64,000 nt of DNA from assembly GCA_964270895.1 (NCBI GenBank), contig OZ185440.1. The stretch is one strand, 5' to 3'. The notes beneath the pieces were generated by a model. That model was not told the origin of the DNA, ran no database searches, and was given only the letters and a program-made list of their open reading frames with translations. Origin of the DNA: Podarcis filfolensis (taxonomy: Eukaryota). Shown in pieces: positions 27,550 to 38,922 of the stretch (positions are counted from its first letter, which is position 1; each line of letters begins with the position of its first letter). Both the position numbers and the translations under genes were made by a program.

Positions 27550-30500
27550 CCTGTTGTTCATACAATCCGGTAAAAAATGAAATAAATGTAGATGCCCTAA
27601 GTCTTTCAATTCCTATTACTAGGAATGTTCTCCTAGTGTTGTATTCATCTTTGCTTTGTTTAATTCTAAATTTTATCTGTCATGTTCTCATAATTGCTGT
27701 TTAGAATTTTATATTTTAACAATTCATCCAGATTCCTAATTTATCTGCCTGTGGCTACAATCTTATGCTCTTATCTGGAAATAAGCCCTGTTGAATCCAT
27801 AAGGACACAGGCTTGTAACTAGTGCAGGGCTAAGTAATTGTCTCACCAGCATAAGGATTTACGCTTGTCTCTCCTTCTCCCCCCCCCATGTGTGTCACCA
27901 CTCTCCCCAGAGGGTTGGAGAAATCCCCAGAACAGTTTTAGGGGGCATGCGGGGGGGGGGGGGAGAGGAGGACAGTCCCGTTGCACAAGTGGAATTACTT
28001 ACACTCATGGGAGGTTACCTAATGCTGCTTTGAATACATACCTTAGCTGCCATATAAATGTGCTTAGGATTGCATTATAGAAGAGTCCATAAATAGATCC
28101 TGAGAGTCCCTTTCAGGTGTCCACCCTTGCAGTGGTGGAATAGATGTTGGATTGTTTGGCATAAGACTACTGTATTCCACTTGATAGTTTATATGAAAAT
28201 ATGGACATTGATCTCTTTCCTTCAAGTAGTATCTATAATGCTGTGTAATATGGACATTTCCTTCCCAATATATTAGCTCTCTAGACAAGTATCTGATTCC
28301 ACCTTGAAGAGCCCTTCTTTCCTTTCACAGTTGCTCCCCACCAAACTTTCAGAATTGATACACTCCGCAATCATCTGACTCCTTCCATGGAAGTCCTTCT
28401 GTCTTCTGTTTAGCTAATCTAGTGCTAGGGTAGTCTGAAGCAGCTTTTTTCATTTGGGGAACTGCTTGTAATAAGAAAACTGAGGCCTGATTCACATTTA
28501 ACCACTTGCACATTTAGTCACTGGCACATAGGATATGTCTCCATGGTCTGGTCTGGTCTGACCATTTTTTGTGAGAATTTGCAAGAATACCTGGATGGAG
28601 GTATATCATAAAAGCAGGGTAAAGCACATGGTTTCATGGCATGCCACCATCCATTTTGGTTATTGATGCTATAAAAATCAAGACCGAACTTCAGTTTGTT
28701 AGGCACTGTGAAGTTACACCATCTAAATTGTCTCTTTACATTGGGATGATATCCAAAGATCACAGGGTGGTTTACAATATAAGAACCAATATAAATACAT
28801 AACATTATTCCTGCCCATTGGTCATCCTGACTGGCCCAGTGGAAATTGGGAGTCTAACAATATTGGAAGTTGGAATCGAAGAGGTGCTCCCAATCTGATT
28901 TACTGCAGCACAAAACTCTAGGCCAAAAAAAAAACACAAAAAAGCAACAACCCTCAACAGCTTAACTGAGCTGAAAAGTGATTTCTCCCAAATTTGGTTT
29001 TATGTGGAAAGTCTTAATTTTATTCAATAGATGAAGGATGGAAAGAGTTACATTTCTGAAAACTGTATTTAGCCATCACATATGAATAACTGAAAATTCT
29101 TTTATTGCAGAAACAGCTTTCTCTAAAACCTGACTGTTCTTCTGGGAACAAGCCAAATTTCTTGTTTCTCAAGGAGAAATTTAATTAACTTCAATGCCAA
29201 ATCAGGAAGAGGATTTGGAAGGCAATTCCATGTCTCTTTTCAACTAAGTATATTTTTAGGGATTAGGGCAGAGGGATAATAATTGTGGTCAGCCAACCAT
29301 CAGGGAGTGTGCAGTAAATCAAGGCAGGTAAAAGTCTTCCCAAGGACACAGTGCTACCAAATAATATATGTATAATACAGTCATGTAATCTTTACACAGT
29401 GCCTTGTTGTATAACTGGGATGAAAGATACTTTGCTTTTTCTTGGAGAGGTGGTGGGCCACTGAAGAGGGAAATCTATTTCTAAAAGTGATGGATGTGGA
29501 TCCTTATTTTACATTACTGAAAAGTGAAAAATTCCTTATTATTAGAAATGGGTTATGAGTTTGCTAATGTAAATGATATCAGATTTGTTTATTCAGCAAA
29601 TGTCATTGAGCCAAGCAGAAGATGAGCGTAAAGATTTTCAAAGCTTTGAGGCCTGCAGCAGATCTAATATGAATTTGCAATATGACACTTCATTTGAGGT
29701 ACTCCACAGCAGCTGTGAGAGATACTTTATTGTGTTTTCAGCAATGAAATTCAAGGAGTTAAATACTAGATTTCAAAAGAAGAAGAAACAGACACAGCTG
29801 CATGCCATGCATTAAGTGTAACATGTAAAAGAGAAATCAAACTTGACAGAAGTCCTCCCAACTACATGGTAGGAGGAAAGGGGAGAACACAACCCTAATA
29901 CTTCGCTCGAGCTCATTGATTCTTGTCCACATGGCTTAGCTTGATGTGCAAGTGGCGTCATTTCCTTTCCCTTCTCTCAGCAGAGGCTAGTGCAAGGAAT
30001 TGTGGGAGGCTATGATCACCATAGTGGTGTCCTAAATTCTGGAGGGGCAAATGGCAGACATTCTTCTATAGAGGAGAAGCTAAGGCAGTGCACTTTTCTC
30101 TGTCACTGGGGTGGGGGGCAGCTACTAGGCAAGAATTGAATTTTACACTTCACTTGAATGAAATCCAGAATGGAGCCGATTTATTTTGTGCCATCCAGTT
30201 CAGTGGAATCTCTTATATAGGTAGAGGTGTGTGCCAGCTATAGTAGGTCACAGGTGTTGTGTAGTAAAAAGCATGTCTGTTCTCCCTCATACAGATGACT
30301 TCAGCCTTCATTCAGAGAGACAGGTCTTGCTCTCCCTAAGCTGTGAACTGCATTGCACCCTGTTTATTTCATTCCATAGAGATCCATGAAAGCTGCTGAT
30401 TTGAACAGAGAACAGTGACATTTTCCTCTAAAGGGCAAAGCCTTCCCCCATGCCTATGGTGACATTGAGATCCATGGTAGTAGGTTATGATCCCCTAAAT

Positions 30501-31056
30501 GTTTCCTGAAAGCAGTAGCTTATTTTCTGCAATCAAAATGAAGTGGCTGAATTCTCTTCTATGGTGATACAGGCTAGGCCAGGCTACGAAAACCAGGTGG
30601 GCTGGTGAGGTGCTGTCCTGTGCATCATATTTCCTTTCTGCCCCAAGATTTCTCCTTGGCATGCTTCTTCCCTGCAATGTTGGCTTCTCCTGACTCCCTT
30701 GTAGTACAAGTTCTGCTGCTGAGAGAAAGGAGCAAAGGTAGGGAAGCTCAAGCCCTACATGGGGCAAGCTTTTCCCTTCCCTTCTTCCTTCCCATTGGTA
30801 TGGTGAACGTCTTCAGATATAGCTATCCTTAGGAAAGCTAAGGAAAGCTTGCTAGCCGTGGGTTTCTAGAACCAGCAACAATCCTAAAAAACTGGCTGCA
30901 TTTGTCCGTTTCCATTACTCAGCCCATCGTTTGACCATACTGTGTTTTTGTATATGGTGGCCACAGAAACAAAATATATCATTAAGGTACAATAGAATTC
31001 TTTCGCCTGAGTACTGAAAAGTGCCTTCACTTGGCTCTGACAAAGGTATAATGTGC

Positions 31057-31062
31057 TTTATT
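31057..31062 (-). terminator. Candidate ANGPTL3 polyadenylation signal AATAAA
   Basis: tttatt on + strand, 23 nt downstream of the ANGPTL3 stop; further candidates at 30363-30368 and 30180-30185. Confidence 0.5.
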
Positions 31063-31085
31063 AGGTAGACTCCAAATGGTGATGC

Positions 31086-31270
31086 TCAGTCAAAATTTTC
31101 AAAATCTGTAGAATGTATCATCAGTTTGGTTGATTTGATAAAATAGGGCCTTCCTTTCTGAGGCTTCCAATAGAGCACTCTCTTTTTCCTTTCCAGTTTT
31201 CCTCTTGAACTTGATTTGATATATTTTCCATTCAAGTTTGTTTCTTCACATGCCGTATGCCACCAACCAC
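31086..31270 (-). CDS. ANGPTL3: ANGPTL3 exon 7 coding part with TGA stop
   Basis: GWWHTACEETNLNGKYIKSSSRGKLERKKRVLYWKPQKGRPYFIKSTKLMIHSTDFENFD*; 185 nt; total CDS 1380 nt = 459 aa. Confidence 0.95.
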
Positions 31271-31597
31271 CTGAAGATGAAATTATAAGCACCATTTAAT
31301 TGATAGCGACAACACTGTAGTACAATCATATGGACTAAGGGTGTGGTTCATAGACCCCCTTTAGGCACCAGAAGGGGCTTCCATGTGTGGAGGAGGATTT
31401 CTCACATTTCTTCTCATGCCGTGTTTGATGTCACTTCTCAAAATCCTTGGTAGCATCAACAGTAGCTAGCTGCCTGGTATGAGGAGTTGCTTATCGGGAG
31501 GAAGGGAACTTGGAAGAACTGTACCTCTATGAAGCTTGTCGTACCATCCTCCAGATTGGGTCACAAATCCTCAGTGTCCACCACCCCTCTCTCTAGC

Positions 31598-31725
31598 AAC
31601 ATAGGAAGCTGCCCTATGCTGAGTTGTCTACATTGGCATTGCCTCTCCAGCGTTTCAGTAGGAGATATTCTCAGCTCTACCTGGAGATGCCAGGGATTGA
31701 ACCTGGTATCTTCTGCATACAATGG
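31598..31725 (-). mobile_element. Squam2-like SINE fragment in ANGPTL3 intron 6
   Basis: aacataggaagctgcc...ctggagatgccagggattgaacctgg. Confidence 0.6.
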
Positions 31726-32247
31726 CCTCTGCCCCCACCTCCCTTTTTTAAAAAAGAAGTCATTCTATTTTAACTTAATTACCCAGTGTCAGATTTAAAA
31801 CCCCTCACAGCACTCCTATCTATCTCAAACACTTATATTCTCTGTAAAACTGACGCTCAGAAGTGAACTTTATACAGTTTCATAGTTATCTACATTTATT
31901 AGAGGAAGTAAAATAAATAGGATTGAACTGCAAATGAATTAAAATAACTTACTGATTCATGCTGCAAATTTGAATTTTCCACATTGGAGGGGGCAGAAAA
32001 GGGTATTTCAGAATAACATTTTTGCCCGGTTTATGGAGAAAGTGCATAGAATACCAGCACTTCTTGGGGATTTACTTAGAGGTGCTCTACAGGAAATCAT
32101 GTCACCAGTTTGTTATTCCTGTGTGCTACGCGCTCTCTTTTTAGATCTTTGCCAGATCACTTCACTTTTTAGTTCTATTTCTGTTTCCTAAAGTTCTGCC
32201 TGATGTTCAGTTAGGGACTAGAAATATATGGGAGAGAAACTCTAGAG

Positions 32248-32377
32248 CAAGGTTGGGGTAACCTGTGCCACTGCAGATGTTGTTGGTCTCCAACACCCAG
32301 CAGCCCCACCCAGCATGGTCATTAGAGAGGATGGGAGTTACACCAACATCTGGAGGGCCACAGCTTATCCATCCTTG
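32248..32377. mobile_element. hAT-type palindromic ~130-bp MITE
   Basis: Perfect 8-bp TSD ctctagag (32240-32247, 32378-32385); inverted arms with cagatgttg / caacatctg. Confidence 0.8.
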
Positions 32378-32778
32378 CTCTAGAGGGTGATTCACATGTT
32401 CAGAGATTGATGAGATGTAGCCTTCCAAGATACTACAGAATGCATGTGGAAAATTACACAACTGGATACTCCTCCATATTAAATAGACATTTATAAAATA
32501 CCATATTGGGGCAAAAAAGTTATAGTGTCTATGACATGCTAGCTTTCTGAGTGCAGATAAGTTTGTTTCTAAACATGATTGATCACTCAGATGTGCAGTC
32601 CCTCACCCAACATACCCAGTTGTTCTTCAGAATTTGGTTCTGGTTCCTAATGCTTCATTTTTCAGAACAGGGAATATATAAGTTTTGTAGACAAAGTTTC
32701 AGCTATATCTTCCACAATGTATTTCCCCCCCCGATTTATGAGAAAAACTAAAGCAGCAGCTTGTACAAAAAAGACTAC

Positions 32779-33051
32779 CTGAATTGTTTTCTGGACAGTT
32801 GACTTTTCTTTCAGTGTTGCTGTTGTGATCTTTTGTAGAGAACTTCACTTCTTTCTGTTCAGGCAGAACATTAGGGATATTCCCAGTAATCCTGGAGAGA
32901 AGAGCAGTGTAGTCTGTTTCTGAACCTCCCATTGTGAATGTGTATTCAATATAACGTTGGTTAGCTCTTGAGTCTTCCAGCTCAATACGCAGGATGTGGT
33001 CACCTTGGTTTACAATGGAATAGATCTTTTGTAGGCCCAGCCAAAATTCTC
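32779..33051 (-). CDS. ANGPTL3: ANGPTL3 exon 6
   Basis: EFWLGLQKIYSIVNQGDHILRIELEDS...VKFSTKDHNSNTERKVNCPENNS; 273 nt. Confidence 0.95.
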
Positions 33052-35933
33052 CTGAAAATACAAGTTGCACAGACCGAACTATTAGGGTAGGCTGATGGCA
33101 AGACATAAGCAAGTTACTAATTCGGTTAATTAAGCAGACAACCTGAGTCTTGGGAACCCTTGAACTTTTCAGATAATCTCTCTTGGAGATATCTCTTTTT
33201 TGTTTACAACTTTTAGATTATGCACTAATGATCAATTAAAACAGGAAACTAAAACTAAATATGAACGGAATGGAACTTTGCAGCTTGCCAGAGTCAGCCA
33301 GGGATAATGCAAGGCATACTTAACAAAAGTGTGTGAATGAATCTCTCTGATAAGTGAAGTGAGTGGCATATATAAAATTTAATTGCGGTGGAAATGGAGT
33401 GTCAGCCATGAGAAAGGAATGCACTCTTAATAGGCATTTAGGTAGTGTCATTTACCACAGCACATTTAAATTGAACATTCTAAGTGAATTACATGGAGTG
33501 CAAAACTAAGCATGTTTTCTTAGAAGTAAGTGCACATTGGATTCTACTTTAAAAAAATAGTTGTATTTTTTTCTACCTTTTTTCCAGAATAACTACATTA
33601 AGGCATTTTTTCACTAAAGTTGGGCCAATGGAGTCATTCCAGTTGGCAAAGGTAAATGAGAGGACACTTGAGCAAGAAATAGCGGAAAAGATAAAATGTA
33701 CCTTTTTAAAACAAACATGTGATTTTGTATTTGTTTCAGATTTCACCACCAGGCAAACTTTATACAATGTAATGATGAAATTTCAGTTTCAACTTTGATT
33801 TTGCTGCTGTGGGAAAGTATTATCAACTTTCTCCCCAAGTCAGCGTTTCTTAAAGCTCTGATTTCAAAAGTATTGAAAACTTCACCTTATGAACTCTTTT
33901 TTTTAAAAGGAAGATTCACTCTTGAACCACAGCTTGGCTTCCTGTGTCATGTGAACCAGGTGCTTGAACTTTATGTAGGGGGCAGTATTTTTTAATGAAG
34001 ACCATTATTGTAAAAACAAAAATGCAAAATATCATATTGAGAACAATATTGTTGTGGGGACTTTCATACACCATAGACAATCCAATCTCATGTCATAAAT
34101 GGAGCTACCATAGTTTCCAGTTAATATAAGAAGGACTGAAAATACCCGTAACAAGCTATGGGAATGCCAAAACAATTTGTAGCTATTAGGAGGAAATGAA
34201 ATTGCACAGAGATTGTTTGTGTCTTCAATGCAAATTATATAACACAGGTCCCAGCTGGGAGGAAATGGGGAGATGGCACTTAACAACTTTTTGAGCTAAT
34301 CTACATGTGCAGTTTTTCCTTAAGAAGACCTTGTGATCGTTCAGACATTTTTGCAGTGTTGCACATGCTAAATTTATTTGGATTTCCCCTACCTCTCTTT
34401 GGAACAAACTGTCCATGAGTTCAAGTGAACTGCAAACCATCAAACTCATGGTGGGCCACATTTTGTGGAAATATTTTCTATGTAATGAATTTTAGGGCAG
34501 GGGTGGGAAACCCCTGATCCTCCAGATGTTGCTGGATGATGTGTGGGACTGATGGGAGTTGGAATCCAGTAACATTTGGTCGGAATCCAATAGCACTCTG
34601 GTTTAAGAAGAGAGTCTTTGATGTTAGACATGTCTGCTTTACATATCAAATAACAGCTAGAAAACCCCATAATTTACTGATAACAGCATTTCCTTAGCAT
34701 CTCTAACATCCAGGATCTTGGATGGCAATAGTAGGAAATGGCTCTTTGCCTGAGATCTTGGAGAGCCATTGCTGGATGGGCCAGTGATTTGACTCTGTAT
34801 TATTCAACTTCATGTAAGTAATAGAAGAATAGATGTTTTGAGACATCCCTAGATGCTAGGGGTGGAATTGAAGACCATGCTATTACAACTGTTCTGTAAG
34901 TGCAAACGTATCTGCATTCCAGGCAGAATCTCCCCTCTCCTCTGCTTGCACACTGTTCTGGGACTTCTCCTGCCCCCCCCAGGAGATTGAGGAGGAGGAG
35001 GCCCATTGCACCATGAGTTCTTTCACTGGCTTCCACTAGTGCACCAGATTAGGCTCCAGGTGTATAAAATTGACTTTGCAGTCTTGAAATTATGGTTTTG
35101 CAAGTAATGATAATGAAGCCAATTAAACTACTTATGGTCCAAAATATTTCAGGACTTCACTATGTGATTTCAGGATAATTGCTAATATATGTTGCTCCCT
35201 GTCCTGGTGGCCAAACAGGGTTGCCACTTCAATTCTTGCCCTCCTTTAGCACCTCTGTAGAAGCAGCTTGGAACATACCTTTAGCAAAATGTGCTGGATG
35301 ATGTGTCTGTTAGCCTGCACCTTGGTGTCCCAAGTGGATGATTAACCAGTGCAAATAAGGGTGGTTTCTTTCTGCCTGGTCCTCTGATGGGATGATTGGC
35401 TGGTTAAGTTTAGAAACCAGGATTTTGTTTCAGCGGAAACCCATTGAGCTTTATGTTGACCCAGTGCTATTCATTGTGTGATATGCATGAAAACTGCCTG
35501 TTGTATCAGTCACTACATAGCAACTTTTTTACTGTATATTATGAAGTTTAATTCTAATATGCTGTAAGGGTTCTTGAGTATTTTCTGGCCTCCTTTGGTC
35601 CAATATTTTCCTCAAAAAACATTGAGATATAGAAATATCTTTTTGTCTGCATTGCTATGTTTACAGATCTTTAGTACTTTAATACAGTATTTTAGACACC
35701 TAAAAAGTGCCTCCTTCTCCTTCACTGTGCACCAATTCATACCAAAACAATGGGGGTGAAGAAAGCTAACCTGTTGAAAACACGCCCAAAATAGCAAATG
35801 TGAATCATCCCTTATTCTCCCAATAGGTATTTTTCACTTACTTTAATGTGTTGATGTTTGCATAAACCACAGTCAACTACTATTTTAGCACATAAAAATA
35901 CTTATTTAGGGAAATGTAAGAGAATGTATTTAC

Positions 35934-36029
35934 CATCCAGGTTGCCGAATCCATTCATATAGTTCTCCCAGGTTTGGTTGAAATCTAGTGATCCATCAGA
36001 TCTGTTTTGAATAACTGTCCATGCACTTT
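35934..36029 (-). CDS. ANGPTL3: ANGPTL3 exon 5
   Basis: SAWTVIQNRSDGSLDFNQTWENYMNGFGNLD; 96 nt; typical fibrinogen-domain WTVIQxRxDGS motif. Confidence 0.95.
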
Positions 36030-36424
36030 CTGTGTATGAAAAAAGATAAATAAACTATAAATACTACCTGCTTTATTGCCCCCCCCAAGTTTTGGACTGC
36101 AGCAAACATAGGCCCAGTTCATATTGTGCCCCCCATGAATGCTTTTTAATGCAGTTAAATATAGGAAAAAAACAGGTGTGCGCATGCGCGCACACACAAT
36201 ATTTGTAAAGTATTCATTGAATTTACTCCCATGGGAATTTTCATGCATGGGTGTGAAAGTTGTCCATGCCATTTGTCCACTGCTGGAAGAGGTTTAGTTG
36301 TGATGATTGTTTAGTCGTGGCATCCTCAGCTGACCTAGTTGGAACATAAGTAATTGATCCTACTGACTGCACCCTTTTTTTTATTTGGTAATCCTAGTTA
36401 ACTATTGACCAACTATAGTTAAAC

Positions 36425-36485
36425 TGATACTGAGCTAGATGGGCCAATAGTCTGACTCAATATAAGGTAACTTCCTATGTTTCAC
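36425..36485 (+). mobile_element. Squam2-like SINE 3' end (plus orientation) in ANGPTL3 intron 4
   Basis: tgatactgagctagatgggccaatagtctgactcaatataaggtaacttcctatgtt. Confidence 0.6.
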
Positions 36486-36579
36486 TAATGGAACAATTAA
36501 CATCATTCAGGGCAGAAAATGAAGTCCATAATGATTTTTAGCAGGAGAATTAGATGGTCCCTGGTGTAGCTGAACTTAC

Positions 36580-36693
36580 CTGCTTTGATTTCACAGTAGA
36601 CATTAAAAGCCTCAGATCCTCTGGGCTTAATAGAATAAATGCCACTAGATCTTTCACCTCTGCTGTATATCCACATGCAATCAGTAGCATTTC
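36580..36693 (-). CDS. ANGPTL3: ANGPTL3 exon 4 (start of fibrinogen-like domain)
   Basis: NATDCMWIYSRGERSSGIYSIKPRGSEAFNVYCEIKA; 114 nt; tag/gtaag flanks. Confidence 0.94.
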
Positions 36694-37345
36694 CTAAGAA
36701 CAACAAGATTTTAAAAGTTACAAATGCATGACTAAAGTTGTTCGGGGTGAGTTTAAGGCACACTGAAATGCACTCAGTATTGTGGCAGGGACTTGGGTGA
36801 TGATATTGTATTAAAGAATGCTGTGAATCATTCCTTTGATTGTTATTATTTTTAATATGTCACATCCCATCCAGTTGGTGAGCGCTGACAAAATGGTAAA
36901 CAAAATGGCTGCTGAGAAACAAGAAGGAAGTATTGGCATGCTTGGGGAAAACTTGTGGCTTGCAGAAATAAGCTTTTAAAAATAAAACAAACCTAAATGG
37001 ACAAATGCCATCAAAGCAGCCAAATGAGCATGTTCGTTAACAACAGAATGAACAGCGACAGTTGAAAAAATAATTGAGTGGGGAGGAGAAAGAGTAGAAT
37101 GTCCTACTTGTAGGAAATGGATGACTCGAAGCTTGAATAGGAGCTTTCCTTTTTCGGAGGGAGGATACACTGCAACATGTTGTGGAAGGCCACACTTGTT
37201 TTTCCAACAACAGTAATAAAGAGAATTTAACAGTGTGGCATTCAAAGATGTATACCCATAGAAAAATGTATACTAGAACAGTGTTCACAGATGACGGTGT
37301 ACACAAGGATTACTTGTTTCCTTCTTCTTCCACAGGGGCAGTTAC

Positions 37346-37457
37346 CTTTGTAATCTTGAACGTTAGCTGTTGTATTAAGTTTAGTTTGCCTTGTTTCATT
37401 TTCTTCTCTCGAGGGGAATAAAGTCTGTGTGTTGTCTTGAAAACCAGGGCTGCTTAG
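37346..37457 (-). CDS. ANGPTL3: ANGPTL3 exon 3 (linker)
   Basis: cag|LSSPGFQDNTQTLFPSREENETRQTKLNTTANVQDYK G|gtaac; 112 nt; phase 0-1 links exons 2 and 4; sequence is poorly conserved, so the call rests mostly on splice sites, phase and position. Confidence 0.85.
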
Positions 37458-38068
37458 CTGGGGGGCAGAGAATTATTATTATTATTAGTCTTTTTTTTGT
37501 TAATAAAGTTCATCATTCATCTACTGATATTTTGGAGCACAGGTATATTGAGATAACAAAATGGGGAGAAGTGGTTTACTGATGGTAGAGACCTCTTATA
37601 TTTACAAGAGAATTCCTGAGAATGAAGCATTCCCCCTCCCCAGCACCTTTCTACAGTCATGTGTGGGGCGTGCCCAATTTCTTTTACCACAAGAGTGGTA
37701 AAGATCGTTAGCTGAAGGAGGTGTTTTTGGAATTTTTCTAGTTGAAATACAACAAGGAAATGTTATTTTTCCATTCCAATCCTGGAGCTACATTGGGAAT
37801 ACACAGGGAAGACAGATAGTGTCCACAAATTATCTTAGAGCATGATGGAAATGTATTGAAATTATTAAATCATCATGTAAGGTGAGTTATTCCCTGTCCA
37901 CTTTGCTATTTATTCAGTAGTTTGTACTGTTTCCATTAGTTCTTTATTTCTCCCAATTTCTGCACCCTTTACCTCTTTCTCAGTTCCCAGCTGTCTCAAA
38001 AATCACCTAATATCCCTGAAAAGACTGCCCTCATTTGGAGGAGGACATTGGTAAAGCAGCAATGTTAC

Positions 38069-38179
38069 CTTCTCTTCCAGGTCTTCTATTTGTTCTTGTT
38101 GTTTGCCAATTTGAACATGCTGCGCTTGAACTCTTTTGAGAAGGGATCTGAGGTGGTTGTCCTGCTGCTCGACGAAGTT
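38069..38179 (-). CDS. ANGPTL3: ANGPTL3 exon 2 (coiled coil)
   Basis: cag|NFVEQQDNHLRSLLKRVQAQHVQIGKQQEQIEDLEEK|gtaac; 111 nt. Confidence 0.93.
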
Positions 38180-38565
38180 CTGCAGGGAGAGCATAAACAG
38201 TGGCTTGGTTTCAAAGGACCATGAAGCAGAAGGATAAAATTTAATAGTGCAAGTCCATGAACTCTTGATCAAGCTCTGGCTGATGTATTTCAGTGTGGAG
38301 TCAGTGTTTTACAGCATGAGAAATATGCAGAGTACAGAGGATCCAGGCCAGGCATAGAGAATTTGTGGCCTTCCAGATTTTGGTGGACTACAACTTGCAT
38401 CAGCCATGCTGGCTGTGGCTGAGGGATGTTGGAGTTTATTTCATAAAATGTATATACTGCTTTATTGTACAAAAACCCTCAAAGCGGTTGGTGAGTAAGT
38501 TCACTAACATCTGAAGGGTGGCAGGTTTTCCACCCCAGATTTGTATTTGCAGTATATGTGCTCTA

Positions 38566-38922
38566 AAGTTAAAGGTACCCCTGACCGTTAGGCCCATCGC
38601 AGACAACTCTGGGGTTGCGCGCTCATCTTGCTCTATAGGCCGAGGGATCCGGCGTTTGTTCGCAGACAGCTTCCGGGTCATATGGCCGGCATGGCTAAGC
38701 CGCTTCTGGTGAACCAGAGCAGGACACGGAAACACCGTTTACCTTCCTGCTGGAGCAGTACCCATTTATCTACTTGCACTTGATGTGCTTTCGAACTGCT
38801 AGGTGGGCAGGAGCTGGGACCGAGCAATGGGAGCTCACCCCGTCGTGGGGATTCGAACCACCCACCTTTTGCTCGGCAAGCCCTAGGCTCTGTGGTTTAG
38901 ACCACAGTCTCACCCACGTCCC
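38566..38922 (-). mobile_element. Full-length Sauria SINE with 12-bp TSD, in ANGPTL3 intron 1
   Basis: Colinear with the 27183 copy; B-box intact; TSD atatgtgctcta at 38554-38565 and 38923-38934. Confidence 0.9.

Noticed and set aside
27222-27704. 160-aa ORF
   Set aside because: It starts inside and mostly overlaps the antisense Sauria SINE; GC-rich repeat sequence gives stop-poor frames.
29573-29815. 80-aa ORF with SSCERYFIVFSAMK, faintly like the hAT dimerisation motif
   Set aside because: The similarity is only a few residues and no TIRs were seen; an HMM search against the hAT C-terminal dimerisation domain would be needed.
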